63,144 nt of DNA, filler included, from 7 parts of 7 records of this genome joined end to end with filler, not necessarily neighbours in it; one strand, 5' to 3'. Shown: positions 40,211 through 51,146, numbered from the whole stretch's first letter. The notes: generated by a model from the sequence alone, not told the origin. Program-made: numbers and translations.

Positions 40211-40397
40211 ACTCTCTTACACTTGTAACGGGTTCCACACCTGCAACAGGATCCGGGCCTGAAGACGGGTTATGACGGCACCAGGCCGCCACAGCGTTAT
40301 GAATGTTTGAGAGTTAATTCCGGCCGCTACCGAGGGCAAATGACGGTTTGATGTAAAGAGCAGCCAATTCCCGGTTAATTTACATAAATTTGGCAAC

Positions 40398-40424
40398 AAA
40401 AAACCCCGCCAAAGCGGGGTCTTT
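40398..40424 (-). terminator. intrinsic terminator of atp F0 operon
   Basis: ACCCCGC/GCGGGGT stem followed by T-run on minus strand. Confidence 0.75.
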
Positions 40425-40459
40425 CGAAACGTTATATGTTCGTTTAAGCGATCTGGGCT

Positions 40460-40966
40460 CTACTGAAGCCGGGCCGGAAGATCAGCGACCGCGTTCTTGA
40501 CGATCTTGTCGTTCACCTCGGCCGTCATCTTGTCGGCCAAAAGGTTACCGGTCGCCACCATAGCCAATTCAACGGCCTGATTGCGAACATCTTGAAGAGC
40601 CTGAGCTTCAGCCCGCGCGATTTTCTCGGCGGCCTGTTCTTCACGGCGCTTGAGGGATTCCGTCAGATGCTTTTTCGCGTCCTTGCGGATACGGGCAGCC
40701 TCTTCCTTGGCGTGAGCAACAATCTCTTCGGCTTCCTTGAGCGCATCACGCTGAAGGCGCTGATAGTTCGCCAGAGCAGCCTGTGCTTCCTCGCGCAGGG
40801 CTTCGGCTTCCTTCAGCTGGGCACCGATGGCAGCAGACTTAACGTCCAGCATGCCGCCAACCTTCGAGACGACCGGTTTGATCGCGGCAATGACGAAAAT
40901 GATAAAGGCGACAGCGACCCAGCCTGAAGCCCCCAGGCCCAGTAATGTCGGATCATGTTCCATCAC
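40460..40966 (-). CDS. atpF: ATP synthase F0 subunit b
   Basis: WVAVAFIIF TM anchor plus coiled coil; operon order. Confidence 0.92.
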   Translation of the reverse strand: MMEHDPTLLGLGASGWVAVAFIIFVIAAIKPVVSKVGGMLDVKSAAIGAQLKEAEALREEAQAALANYQRLQRDALKEAEEIVAHAKEEAARIRKDAKKHLTESLKRREEQAAEKIARAEAQALQDVRNQAVELAMVATGNLLADKMTAEVNDKIVKNAVADLPARLQ

Positions 40967-41556
40967 TTCGTCTCCATGGCCAGTGCGACCGCCTTGTTAA
41001 GGTCGGTCTTGGTCACCTTGACACCAATCAGCTTGGCAACCGCATCACCAGCAACCTCGCTCACCACGTCCTTGACGTTCGAGAGTGCTTCGGTGCGGGC
41101 TTCATCGATCCGGGCTTCGGCTTCCTTGACCTGCTTGGCTGCGACGGCATCGGCTTCCGCCTCTGCTTTCGCATTCTTGCCGGCAGCTTCGTCCTTGGTC
41201 TTACCGATCAGCTTCTGGGCAGAGCCACGGGCATCCGCCAGAGCCTTCTCGTAGTTGGCCTGAACCTCTTCGGCATCCGCCTTGAGCTTCCCTGCCTTGT
41301 CGAGATCCTCGGCAATCCGGCTATGCCGTTCTTCCAGCACATACTCGATGCGCGGGATGGCAATCTTTGACATCGCGATATAGAGCACGATGAACGTGAC
41401 AAAGAGCCAGAAGATCTGGGTCGGAAACGTGCCGACATCGAGCTGCGGCAAGGTACCGCCGCCGCCACTTTCGCTGGCAGCCATGGCTCCATTGGCGATC
41501 AGCGCAAGGGCGCTGGTGCCACCGAGCACAGCCGAAAATCTGAGCAAGCGCTTCAT
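40963..41556 (-). CDS. ATP synthase F0 subunit b'
   Basis: LPQLD..TFPTQIFWL motif plus coiled coil; start MKRLLRF at 41556. Confidence 0.92.
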   Translation of the reverse strand: MKRLLRFSAVLGGTSALALIANGAMAASESGGGGTLPQLDVGTFPTQIFWLFVTFIVLYIAMSKIAIPRIEYVLEERHSRIAEDLDKAGKLKADAEEVQANYEKALADARGSAQKLIGKTKDEAAGKNAKAEAEADAVAAKQVKEAEARIDEARTEALSNVKDVVSEVAGDAVAKLIGVKVTKTDLNKAVALAMETK

Positions 41557-41644
41557 ACCGCTGTCCAATTCCGTTCCAGGATTCTCGTTAAACCGGAGAG
41601 AGCCGCACCGCATCCGCGGCCAGCGGCTCTCACTCGAACCGGTC

Positions 41645-41869
41645 TTAGGAGAACAGGATCAGGAACGCGATCAGCAGCGCGAAGAGCGCCACGGCTTCGG
41701 TCAGGGCGAAGCCCAGAATGCCGATGCCGAAGACTTCGCTACGCGCCGCCGGGTTGCGGGCGATGGAAGCAACGAGGGTGGAGAAGATATTTCCGATACC
41801 AACGCCGACGCCCATAAGGGCAATAACAGCGATACCGGCGCCAATCATCTTCGCGGCTTCAACGTCCAT
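41645..41869 (-). CDS. atpE: ATP synthase F0 subunit c
   Basis: [24 protein letters not shown]. Confidence 0.97.
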   Translation of the reverse strand: MDVEAAKMIGAGIAVIALMGVGVGIGNIFSTLVASIARNPAARSEVFGIGILGFALTEAVALFALLIAFLILFS

Positions 41870-41946
41870 GTTCAAATCCTTCCTTTGGATCAGGTAGTGC
41901 ACATATCAGGCCGGAGATCCGGCCCGGTTTCTGGTTCCCTCAGGCC

Positions 41947-42681
41947 TCAGTGCAGATGGATCGCATCGTGCAGGTAGAGGCAGGTGAGAATGGTGAAAAC
42001 ATAGGCCTGGAGCACCGCCACCAGGATTTCGAAGGCGGTCAGTGCCACAATCAAGGCAAGGGGCGCAACCCCAAAGACACCGAGAGCGACGACAAAACCG
42101 CCGAACACCTTCAGCATCGTGTGGCCGGCCATCATGTTCGCGAACAGACGAACGGAGAGGCTGACCGGACGCACGAAATAGGAAATCACCTCAATCGGGA
42201 TCAACAGCGGCGCCATGTAGACAGGCGCGCCGGACGGGAAGAAGAAGGTGAAGAATTTCAGGCCGTGACGGGCGAGGGCAATCAGCGTGACGCCGATGAA
42301 CACAACGAATGCCATGGCAAAGGTCACGATGATCTGGCTCGTCGGCGTGTAGTGGATGCCGGGGAACGGGATCATGCCGAACAGGTTACAGGCCAGAATG
42401 AACATGAAGAGGGAGAAGATGAAGGGGAAGTACTTGCGTCCTTCGCTGCCGACATTCTCTTTCACCATGTTGGCGACGAATTCGTAGGAGAGCTCGGCCA
42501 TCAGCTGCCAGCGTCCCGGCACCAGCTTCCGGCTGCTCATCGACAGGGTCAGGAATCCGACAATGCCGACAATCGCAACGACCATCATGGCCGCGGAATT
42601 GGTGAAGGAGAGATCAATCCCGCCGACCTCGATCTGGGGGCCGTAAGATTTCAGCTCAAACTGTGCGACCGGTGATGCCAC
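41947..42681 (-). CDS. atpB: ATP synthase F0 subunit a
   Basis: SFTNS, VPGRWQ, RPVSLSVRLFANMMAGH, LQAYVF. Confidence 0.97.
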   Translation of the reverse strand: MASPVAQFELKSYGPQIEVGGIDLSFTNSAAMMVVAIVGIVGFLTLSMSSRKLVPGRWQLMAELSYEFVANMVKENVGSEGRKYFPFIFSLFMFILACNLFGMIPFPGIHYTPTSQIIVTFAMAFVVFIGVTLIALARHGLKFFTFFFPSGAPVYMAPLLIPIEVISYFVRPVSLSVRLFANMMAGHTMLKVFGGFVVALGVFGVAPLALIVALTAFEILVAVLQAYVFTILTCLYLHDAIHLH

Positions 42682-42692
42682 GACTCGTTCCC

Positions 42693-43064
42693 CTATTCGT
42701 CGCCGGCCCGATCATCGGGCCGGTTGTTTGTCGAAGACCGGCGGTAGCCCATCTGCAAGCCTTCCCCAGTCGCAGCGCGGTAGACATTCATCATGCCGCC
42801 GGCAGCGCCCAGAAAGAAGAACAGGATGAGCAGCCAGGGACCGGTCCCAAGCCATCTGTCCAAGAAGTACCCGATACCGGCGCCAACAGCGACTCCGGCA
42901 ACCAGCTCCACCCCGATCCGCATCGCCATTCCGAGACCCTCGGAAGCCATGGAACCGCGACCGCCTTTCGGACCGCCTTCATTTTTATCCTCGCCACGCG
43001 CTCGCCTTAATCTGGTGTCCAGATCGTCGAGTGAGGGAGGATCGCTAGGCTTATCACCTGTCAT
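42693..43064 (-). CDS. atpI: AtpZ/AtpI family protein
   Basis: ELVAGVAVGAGIGYFLDRWLGTGPW..GAAGGMMNVYR; first gene of F0 operon. Confidence 0.9.
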   Translation of the reverse strand: MTGDKPSDPPSLDDLDTRLRRARGEDKNEGGPKGGRGSMASEGLGMAMRIGVELVAGVAVGAGIGYFLDRWLGTGPWLLILFFFLGAAGGMMNVYRAATGEGLQMGYRRSSTNNRPDDRAGDE

Positions 43065-43137
43065 GAAGCGAGCCCGATTGGCCGAAGCCAGTTGATGTAC
43101 CCCACCTCCGCCAGCCAAGGCCCGCGAAAGCGCCGCA

Positions 43138-43166
43138 AACATACGGAGGGGTCCTTTCGCTGTCAA
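43138..43166 (-). promoter_or_regulatory. sigma70-type promoter of atp F0 operon
   Basis: Minus strand TTGACA (43166-43161), 17-bp spacer, TATGTT (43143-43138). Confidence 0.7.
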
Positions 43167-43245
43167 GGCGGAAGCCGCACTGCGAAAACACGCCTAATAT
43201 ATTGATTTATATATATTTTTCTAATTGTGACGTTGAAGTGCTCTT

Positions 43246-43357
43246 CTAAACCGCGTCGCGAAGCTCCACCGCACCCGCCAAATCGACGGAAACGAGCTGG
43301 CTGACACCCCGTTCAGCCATGGTGACTCCGAACAGCCGGTCCATCCGCGCCATGGTC
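43246..43357 (-). CDS. smc: chromosome segregation protein SMC, C-terminal fragment (not in ORF track)
   Basis: Hand translation [36 protein letters not shown]; smc commonly precedes atpI in Alphaproteobacteria. Confidence 0.85.
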
Positions 43358-43457
43358 NNNNNNNNNNNNNNNNNNNNNNNNNNNNNNNNNNNNNNNNNNN
43401 NTTAATTAATTAANNNNNNNNNNNNNNNNNNNNNNNNNNNNNNNNNNNNNNNNNNNN
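43358..43457. other. artificial contig linker
   Basis: N-run + TTAATTAATTAA + N-run. Confidence 0.99.
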
Positions 43458-44174
43458 GTCTTCATCATGCATTGCAACACCGCACCGTTTGATAATAACG
43501 ACCTGCGTCTTGCGCTGAAATATGCGATGGACCGTGAAACCATGGTTGAAAAGATCCTTGGTGGTTACGGCAAGGTCGGGAATGACTTCCCGATCAACGA
43601 AACCTATGCCCTGTTCCCGCAAGACATCGAACAGCGCGCCTACGATCCGGACAAAGCGGCCTTCCACTTCAAGAAGTCCGGCCATGATGGTTCGGTTCTG
43701 CTGCGCACATCCGATGTTGCCTTCCCGGGGGCGGTTGACGCCGCAGTCCTGTATCAGGAAACCGCGAAAAAAGCCGGTATCGATATCGAAATCAAACGTG
43801 AACCGGGCGATGGCTACTGGTCGAACGTCTGGAATGCCCAGCCGTTCTCCACCTCTTACTGGGGTGGTCGTCCAACCCAGGATCAGATGTATTCCACCGC
43901 GTATCTGTCATCTGCAGACTGGAACGATACCCGCTTCTTCAACACCGGCTTTGACAAGATCCTTCTCGAAGCCCGTGCCGAGCTTGACCAGAACAAGCGT
44001 AAGGACATGTATCGTGACATGGCACTGATGGTGCGTGACACGGGTGGCCTTATTCTTCCGATGTTCAACGACTTCGTAAATGCCACAACCAACAATGTCT
44101 CGGGCTTTGTCCAGGACATCGGTAACGACATGTCCAACGGTTATGTCGCAACCCGTCTGTGGCTGAACAGCTGA
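43458..44174 (+). CDS. family 5 ABC substrate-binding protein (5' truncated)
   Basis: APFDNNDLRLALKY, AFPGAVDAAVLY, DGYWSNVW, YWGGRPT; homologous to 31255-32838. Confidence 0.92.
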   Translation, partial: VFIMHCNTAPFDNNDLRLALKYAMDRETMVEKILGGYGKVGNDFPINETYALFPQDIEQRAYDPDKAAFHFKKSGHDGSVLLRTSDVAFPGAVDAAVLYQETAKKAGIDIEIKREPGDGYWSNVWNAQPFSTSYWGGRPTQDQMYSTAYLSSADWNDTRFFNTGFDKILLEARAELDQNKRKDMYRDMALMVRDTGGLILPMFNDFVNATTNNVSGFVQDIGNDMSNGYVATRLWLNS

Positions 44175-44220
44175 TCGGGCCGGGATGCCAAACATCCCGA
44201 TACGATACCTGAAGAATTGC

Positions 44221-44246
44221 GGGATCACGGTTTTAACCGTGATCCC
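44221..44246. terminator. intergenic stem-loop after binding-protein gene (partial terminator or mRNA stabiliser)
   Basis: GGGATCACGGTT-TT-AACCGTGATCCC inverted repeat. Confidence 0.55.
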
Positions 44247-44374
44247 CGTTCTTGTTGTTCACTTGTTCGTTTGTGCAACGGCCTGATCGACAATTCCAGA
44301 TGGTTTCGGAGCAGACCTCCGATGTCCCACCCGTCTTGAATTCCCGCTCAGGCCTGTTTTGGGAGAAAGTGTTC

Positions 44375-45382
44375 ATGGCCAACCCTTTGGCCGGCGTGCA
44401 CGCCGTGCGACACAGACTAAAAGAAACCCATCCATTGACGGTCCTGATCGTCGAACGACTGGGTTTGAGTTTGATGTTGCTTTGGGCTGTTTCAGTCCTG
44501 ATTTTCGCAGGGGTAGAAGCCCTGCCGGGTGACTTTGCCCAAACCTATCTTGGTCAATCTGCCACACCGCAGGCAATTGCCAATATCCGGGCCGACCTTG
44601 GCCTTGATCGCCCGATCACCACCCGATATTTCGAATGGCTTGGCGGTGTTGTGCAGGGTGATTTCGGCAATAGCTGGGCCAGTGGCGCACCCGTTACCGA
44701 ACAAATCACCAAGCGCCTTGGCAATTCGTTGTTCCTCGCCTTCTTTGCCGCAGCAATCTCTGTCCCGCTTGCCGTTGGCCTTGGCATGGTTGCCGTTCAC
44801 TATCGCAACCGCATCCCCGACCGGGTCATTAACATCATCTCGCTTGCTGCAATCTCGCTGCCGGAATTCTTCATCGGCTATATTCTGATTGTGTTCTTTG
44901 CCGTACAGCTTGGTGTCGCGACCTTCCCGTCGACTGTGTATGACGGCATGACATGGTCCGAACGCATGGCTGCCATTGCCCTTCCGACCGCAACACTGGT
45001 TCTGGTCGTCCTTGCCCATATGATGCGTATGACCCGTGCTGCAATCATAAGCGTGATGTCATCGGCCTATATGGAAACGGCCGAACTTAAAGGCCTTGGC
45101 GCATTCAAGGCGATTGTCAAACATGCTGCGCCGAACGCCATCGCCCCGATCGTCAATGTGGTTGCGCTTAATCTGGCCTATCTGGTCGTCGGTGTTGTCG
45201 TGGTCGAGGTTGTCTTTGTCTATCCCGGCATGGGCCAATATATGGTCGATGCCGTGACGGTACGGGACATGCCCGTGGTCCAGGCCTGCGGCCTGATCTT
45301 TGCTGCGGTGTATATTCTGCTTAATATGGTGGCCGATCTTGTCGCCATTGTCGCCAATCCGAGACTGAGGCACCCGCGATGA
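44375..45382 (+). CDS. ABC permease (DppB-like)
   Basis: Homologous to 32853-33809; SLPEFF, YMETAELKG, NPRLRHPR. Confidence 0.92.
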   Translation: MANPLAGVHAVRHRLKETHPLTVLIVERLGLSLMLLWAVSVLIFAGVEALPGDFAQTYLGQSATPQAIANIRADLGLDRPITTRYFEWLGGVVQGDFGNSWASGAPVTEQITKRLGNSLFLAFFAAAISVPLAVGLGMVAVHYRNRIPDRVINIISLAAISLPEFFIGYILIVFFAVQLGVATFPSTVYDGMTWSERMAAIALPTATLVLVVLAHMMRMTRAAIISVMSSAYMETAELKGLGAFKAIVKHAAPNAIAPIVNVVALNLAYLVVGVVVVEVVFVYPGMGQYMVDAVTVRDMPVVQACGLIFAAVYILLNMVADLVAIVANPRLRHPR

Positions 45383-46206
45383 GATTACGTGAAATCCCGC
45401 TGACTGCCTGGATCGGAATTCTGGGCATTGCATTTGCTTTTTTCTGTGCCGTTTTCGCATCCCTGATCGCGCCCTACGGGGAACGCGAAATTGTTGCCGG
45501 TGTTTGGGAACCGGCCAGTGACCTTTATCTTCTGGGCACCGACAATCTGGGTCGTGATCTGTTGTCGCGTCTTATTTACGGTGCACAGACCACCCTGTTC
45601 GTCTCGCTTGCGGCATCCATCCTGTCATTCTCGATTGGTATATTCCTAAGCTTCACGGCAGCCGTTTCCGGCGGTCCGATTGATCAGGGCCTGTCGCGAT
45701 TAAACGACTTGATGATGTCGATCCCGACATTGATCTTTGCCCTCGTGGTTTTGGCTGTTCTGCCGCAAAACCTGTTCATCCTGATTTCCGTAATGGCCAT
45801 TCTGGATTCCACCCGTGTCTATCGACTGGGGCGCGCTGTTGCACTTGACGTTGCTGTAATGGAATTTGTCGAAGCCGCCAAACTGCGCGGTGAAGGCAAA
45901 ATGTGGATCATCTTCCGCGAAATTTTGCCCAATACTCTATCGCCGCTTTTGGCAGAGTTCGGGCTGCGTTTCGCATTCTCGATCCTGTTCCTGTCCACGC
46001 TTTCCTTCCTTGGCCTTGGCATTCAACCGCCTGCAGCCGATTGGGGTGGCATGGTCAAAGACAACAAGGACGGCATCATTTTCGGTATTCAGGCGGCCCT
46101 TATTCCCGGCGGGGCGATTGCCGCCTTGGCTGTCTGTGTGAATATGGTGGTCGACTGGTTGCTTAAACGTACGTCCAGCCTGAAAGGAGGACGCGGCGAT
46201 GTCTGA
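45379..46206 (+). CDS. ABC permease (DppC-like)
   Basis: LGTDNLGRD, FVEAAKLRG, LSFLGLGIQPP. Confidence 0.93.
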   Translation: MRLREIPLTAWIGILGIAFAFFCAVFASLIAPYGEREIVAGVWEPASDLYLLGTDNLGRDLLSRLIYGAQTTLFVSLAASILSFSIGIFLSFTAAVSGGPIDQGLSRLNDLMMSIPTLIFALVVLAVLPQNLFILISVMAILDSTRVYRLGRAVALDVAVMEFVEAAKLRGEGKMWIIFREILPNTLSPLLAEFGLRFAFSILFLSTLSFLGLGIQPPAADWGGMVKDNKDGIIFGIQAALIPGGAIAALAVCVNMVVDWLLKRTSSLKGGRGDV

Positions 46207-46892
46207 TCTTTTATCGGTACGCGATCTGCGCATTGGCGCGACCATCTTTCCACCGGGTGAAGACCCGCAGGATATCGAGATTGTCCATGGCATTTCCTTT
46301 GATCTGCAACGGGGCAAAGTCCTTGGCCTGATCGGGGAATCTGGTGCGGGAAAATCAACCATCGGCCTTGCCGCCCTTGCCTATGGCCGGGGTGGTGTTC
46401 GCATCACCGGCGGTCAGGTGATGCTGGATGGCAAAGATATCCTGACACTGAACAAAAAGGGTATCCGCAGCATTCGTGGCGCCCGCGTTTGCTATGTTGC
46501 ACAATCAGCCGCAGCATCCTTTAACCCGGCGCACAAGCTGGGCGATCAGGTTATCGAAGGCGCGCTTGAACACGGTCTTATGACCCGCGATGAAGCCCGT
46601 GAACGGGCCAATTACCTGTTTGAAATCCTCGGCCTTCCCGATCCCCATAACTTTGGCAGCCGCTATCCCCATCAGGTATCAGGTGGGCAGTTGCAACGTG
46701 CGATGACGGCAATGGCGCTTTGTTCCAACCCGGAACTGATCGTCTTTGATGAACCGACCACGGCCCTTGATGTCACGACCCAGATTGACGTTTTGGCCGC
46801 GATCAAAAACGCCATTGAAAAAACCGGAACAGCAGCCCTTTACATCACCCATGATCTGGCCGTTGTTGCCCAGATTTCCGACGACATCATGG
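46199..46892 (+). CDS. ABC ATP-binding protein (3' truncated)
   Basis: GESGAGKST, YPHQVSGGQLQR, DEPTTALD. Confidence 0.93.
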
Positions 46893-46992
46893 NNNNNNNN
46901 NNNNNNNNNNNNNNNNNNNNNNNNNNNNNNNNNNNNTTAATTAATTAANNNNNNNNNNNNNNNNNNNNNNNNNNNNNNNNNNNNNNNNNNNN
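46893..46992. other. artificial contig linker
   Basis: N-run + TTAATTAATTAA + N-run. Confidence 0.99.
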
Positions 46993-48055
46993 CTGGCGCT
47001 CCATCCTGCAATGGATCGGCGGTGTCGGAATTCTCGTCATGGCAGTTGTCCTGCTGCCGTTTATGCGTATTGGCGGCGCACAGCTTTTCCGGACCGAGAG
47101 TTCCGATACGTCCGACAAGGTCGAGCCGCGCTGGTTCATCCTGATGTCGAACATCCTTCTGGTTTACCTGTTTCTGACCGTTATTTGCGCGATCCTCTAC
47201 TGGCTTCTCGGAATGAACGCATTCGATGCCGTCTGTCATGCGATGGCGACCATCTCGACCGGCGGCTATTCGACCCACGATGCATCCTTCGGCTATTTTG
47301 ACAGCCGGTCACTGCAATGGGTCGCGACCATATTCATGTTGTCCGGGGCGATCCCGTTCTATGTCTATATCAAGGCCGTGCGCGGGAACGCCCGGGCGTT
47401 TATCTCGGACAGCCAGGTCCGTGCGCTCGTCATCTTTCTCGTTGTTGTCAGTGTCGCCATGGCCGGTTGGCTTTCCCGACATAACCATGTCGATTTCGGC
47501 GATGCGCTGACGCTGACCTTCTTCAACATCACCTCGGTCGTTACGACCACCGGGTTCGCGAGTGTGGATTACACGCTGTGGGGAACCGGCGCTGTCGGCG
47601 CGTTCCTTATCCTGACCTTTGTCGGGGGCTGTTCCGGCTCGACCTCGGGCGCGATCAAGATCTACCGTTTTCAGGTGCTCACGCAGGTCATCAGCGCTCA
47701 TATCAAGCGGCTGACCAGCCCGCATCGTGTGGTGCCGACACATTTCAACGGCAGGCCCCTGCCGGATGATGCGGTGATTTCCGTGCTGGCGTTTCTGACC
47801 ATGTTTGTCGCCACCATCGCGCTCTGCACGTTGGCGCTGACCTTCATGGATCTCGACCTGATCACAGCCTATTCGGCGAGCGTGACGGCGATCACCAATG
47901 TCGGCCCCGGCCTCGGCCCGGTGGTCGGTCCTGCCGGAAATTTCAGCAGCCTGCCCGACAGCGCGAAGCTGCTTCTGGCCTTCGCCATGATCCTCGGGCG
48001 GCTGGAAATCTTCACCATCCTGGTGATCTTCGATCGCGGGTTCTGGAAGAATTAG
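46993..48055 (+). CDS. trkH: TrkH family potassium uptake membrane protein (5' truncated)
   Basis: WRSILQWIGGVG, STGGYS, TTTGF, GGCSGSTSG, NVGPGLG, GRLE. Confidence 0.94.
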
Positions 48056-48075
48056 AAAGACGGAGTGTCGACTCT

Positions 48076-48843
48076 TCAGCCCGACTTCGTTGGCAATCGT
48101 CCCATTATCCCGTCTATCCAGGACGGCGGCAGGGCCTGTAGCAGGATAACCATGGCATGCATCGGCCAGGGGAAGGCGATCCGGGCCTTATTCCGTTCCA
48201 GGCCGCGCCGGATGATCTTCGCCGCCTTGTCCGCATCCATCAGGAAGGGCATCGGGAAGTCATTCACATCCGTCATCGGGGAGCGGACATAGCCGGGGCA
48301 GATCACCGAGACTTCGATCCCGCTGCGGGCGGCGGTTGGCCGCAATCCCTCTCCGAAAACCTTCACCGCCGCCTTGCTGCCGCAATAGGCCGGTGCCCCG
48401 GGAAATCCCCGGAACCCGGCCAGCGAGCTGACAATCCCGATCTGTCCCTTGCTGCGCTCCTGCATCAGCGGCAGGGCGGGGAGCACAGTGTTCATCACGC
48501 CATCGACATTCACCGCATAGACCCGCCGCACCTGATCCGCCGGCTCCGGCCCGCCATCGCCGGTTCCGGCGGAAATTCCGGCATTGGCGATGACCAGATC
48601 AAGCGGCGCGGTTGCGTGGGCTTCGGAGATCCAGAGCGCCATCGCGTCCCGGTCGGTGACGTCGATGATCTTCGTGTGGACCTCGGCGCCCCTGGAAGCG
48701 GCCGTATCGGCGACACTCTGCAGTCGTGCCGTATTCCTGCCGCCGAGGAACAGAACCGCTCCCGGTGACGCGTAGACTTCGGCCAGCGCTTTACCGATTC
48801 CGCCGGAAGCTCCGGTGATGAGAATTGCGCCAGGTGCATGCAT
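48076..48843 (-). CDS. short-chain dehydrogenase/reductase
   Basis: TGASGGIG, ANAG, SS, YCGSK, PGYV. Confidence 0.93.
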   Translation of the reverse strand: MHAPGAILITGASGGIGKALAEVYASPGAVLFLGGRNTARLQSVADTAASRGAEVHTKIIDVTDRDAMALWISEAHATAPLDLVIANAGISAGTGDGGPEPADQVRRVYAVNVDGVMNTVLPALPLMQERSKGQIGIVSSLAGFRGFPGAPAYCGSKAAVKVFGEGLRPTAARSGIEVSVICPGYVRSPMTDVNDFPMPFLMDADKAAKIIRRGLERNKARIAFPWPMHAMVILLQALPPSWIDGIMGRLPTKSG

Positions 48844-48926
48844 CAGACAGCTCCGCGTCTTGTTGCCGTAACAGGGCACGGATATAGTGCGCCTCCTTTC
48901 TCTATAGCAAAGATCTGGTGGTGCGA

Positions 48927-49841
48927 GTGGCGATCAACAGCATGACGGGTTACGCCCGTGTCGAGGGAACCCATGACGCAGGTGATGGCGCGGCGCAATG
49001 GCAGTGGAGCTGGGAGGTCAAGTCGGTCAACGGCAAGGGCCTGGATATCCGCTTCCGTCTGCCCGGCGGCTTCGATGCGCTGGAGATCCCGGCCCGCAAA
49101 CTGATCGGCACGAAGCTTGGGCGCGGCTCGCTCTCCGTCTCCCTGATGCTCTCCCGCCAGACCACGTCCAAGGCGTTGACGGTGAACCGGGAATTGATCG
49201 AGCAGATCCTGGAGCTTCAGGGCACGCTTGAAGCCGAAGGCAAGATCTACCCGTCCCCTCCACGCCTCGACAGCCTGCTGTCCGTGCGGGGCATTCTGGA
49301 GACGGAGGAAGAGCCGGCACAGGACCCCGCGCAGAAGGAAGCGCTGATCACGGCACTCATGGCCGGTCTCGAAACCGTGCTGAAGCCTCTGTCCGACATG
49401 CGCGGGGAGGAGGGCGCTCATCTTGCGAACATGCTGACGGCCCATCTCGATACGCTCTCCGGGCTGTCCAAAGCAGCCAAGGAGACGGCCGATCTTCAGC
49501 CGGGCCAGCAGCGTGAGCGGATGAAGCAGCAGATCGCCGAGATCCTCGAACAATCCCCGCCGGTTTCCGAGGAGCGTCTGGGACAGGAGCTGGCATTGCT
49601 GGCGACCAAGGCGGACATTCGCGAGGAAGTCGATCGTCTGGATGCCCATGTCGCGGCCTGCCGGGATCTCGTCAACGCCGGTGGCGTGATCGGCCGGAAG
49701 CTCGATTTCATCTGTCAGGAACTGAACCGGGAGAGCAACACGATCTGCTCCAAGGCGGCGTCCCTTGCGCTCACCAATATAGGCCTTGAGCTGAAATCGA
49801 CGGTCGAGCAGTTCCGCGAGCAGGTTCAGAACGTCGAATGA
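48927..49841 (+). CDS. yicC: YicC/YloC family endoribonuclease
   Basis: SMTGYAR, SVNGKGLD, DIREEVDRL, GRKLDF..QELNRESNT, EQVQNVE. Confidence 0.94.
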   Translation: MAINSMTGYARVEGTHDAGDGAAQWQWSWEVKSVNGKGLDIRFRLPGGFDALEIPARKLIGTKLGRGSLSVSLMLSRQTTSKALTVNRELIEQILELQGTLEAEGKIYPSPPRLDSLLSVRGILETEEEPAQDPAQKEALITALMAGLETVLKPLSDMRGEEGAHLANMLTAHLDTLSGLSKAAKETADLQPGQQRERMKQQIAEILEQSPPVSEERLGQELALLATKADIREEVDRLDAHVAACRDLVNAGGVIGRKLDFICQELNRESNTICSKAASLALTNIGLELKSTVEQFREQVQNVE

Positions 49842-50491
49842 GCATGTCCGACGAATTTTACCCCGATATGCAGCGCCGTGGCCTGATGCTGGTGCTCTCT
49901 TCCCCGTCCGGTGCCGGCAAGACCTCCATCTCCCGCCGCCTGCTGGAGACCGAAGACGAGCTCACCATGTCCGTCTCGGCCACCACACGGCCCCGGCGTC
50001 CGGGCGAGGTGGACGGCGTCGATTACCACTTCATCGACCAGACCGAATTCCAGTTGATGATCAACCGGGGCGAGTTCCTGGAATACGCCAAGGTCTTCGA
50101 TAATTACTACGGCACGCCGCGCGGCCCGGTGGATGCGGTTCTGAGTGGCGGCAAGGACGTGCTGTTCGATATCGACTGGCAGGGCACCCAGCAGGTCGCC
50201 GACGCCGCCCGTGACGATCTGGTCAGCGTCTTCATCCTGCCGCCCTCGACCCATGAGCTGGAACGTCGCCTGATGGGACGCGCACAGGATAGCGCTGAGG
50301 TCGTGGCCCAGCGCATGTCAAAGGCGGCGGACGAGATCAGCCATTACCGCGAATACGACTACATCATCGTCAACCGTGACCTCGACGAAAGCGTAGACGC
50401 CGTCCGCGCCATCCTCACTGCCGAACGACTGAAGCGTGACCGTCGGCTTGGGCTGACGGATTTTGTGAAGTTGTTGCGGGAAGGTCGGTAA
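49838..50491 (+). CDS. gmk: guanylate kinase
   Basis: SSPSGAGKT, SATTRPRRPGEVDGVDYHF, YYGTP, DIDWQG. Confidence 0.97.
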   Translation: MSMSDEFYPDMQRRGLMLVLSSPSGAGKTSISRRLLETEDELTMSVSATTRPRRPGEVDGVDYHFIDQTEFQLMINRGEFLEYAKVFDNYYGTPRGPVDAVLSGGKDVLFDIDWQGTQQVADAARDDLVSVFILPPSTHELERRLMGRAQDSAEVVAQRMSKAADEISHYREYDYIIVNRDLDESVDAVRAILTAERLKRDRRLGLTDFVKLLREGR

Positions 50492-50677
50492 GCCATGTTG
50501 GACTTGATGGTTTCATCAGCTCGAGCACCGTCAAGGGCATAGGTTGGTTGTTCGGGTGCTGGACTGGCCAAGGCCTGGCTCTTCGCCAAGGTGTAAATTA
50601 CGCCTTCACCTGTTGAAAGCGATCCGATATAAGGCCAATAAGCCAAATCGCACCTGAACACTGTGGATTTTCGATCG

Positions 50678-50968
50678 ATGGGCAAGTATCTCGACGACCT
50701 TTGGAACGACCTTGAGCAGACTTGGGATCTCGCCATGAAGGTGAATGATCTTTCCGAGCAAGAGCGCTCTGATGTGTCCGCAGCCTGGGAAACCTATTTC
50801 AAGCCGGCTGAACTGGTTGATGCCGCGCGGACGGAAGGTGAGGGCCAGAACCCGCCGACCAAGGTTTTCTGTACGAACATCTATGGTCTGCAATACAACC
50901 CGGAAACCAAGTACTGGGTGCCGTTCCGTCACGGTGAGATTGATCTCGCGAAATTTACCGAGGATTGA
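50678..50968 (+). CDS. hypothetical protein (96 aa)
   Basis: Fills intergenic space with host-like codon usage; acidic, Trp/Tyr-rich; no recognised domain. Confidence 0.7.
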   Translation: MGKYLDDLWNDLEQTWDLAMKVNDLSEQERSDVSAAWETYFKPAELVDAARTEGEGQNPPTKVFCTNIYGLQYNPETKYWVPFRHGEIDLAKFTED

Positions 50969-51146
50969 TCCCCAGGCCCGCTTGATATTTGTCAGCGGGC
51001 CTTTTTTGACGATAAATCAATCAACAAGGCGCGTAACTTCATGTTTCGCGTCTACTTATCATGTATGGTATTGATAGTTTTCGAGGCAAAAGCTGCACAA
51101 TCTTTTGTGTGGCTTTGGTTTGGGTATTCGATACCGAGGTGATTCA

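Noticed and set aside
31255-46892. Apparent duplication of the peptide-type ABC cluster
   Set aside because: The second copy is on a separate contig with different composition, so it is probably a homologue from another organism.
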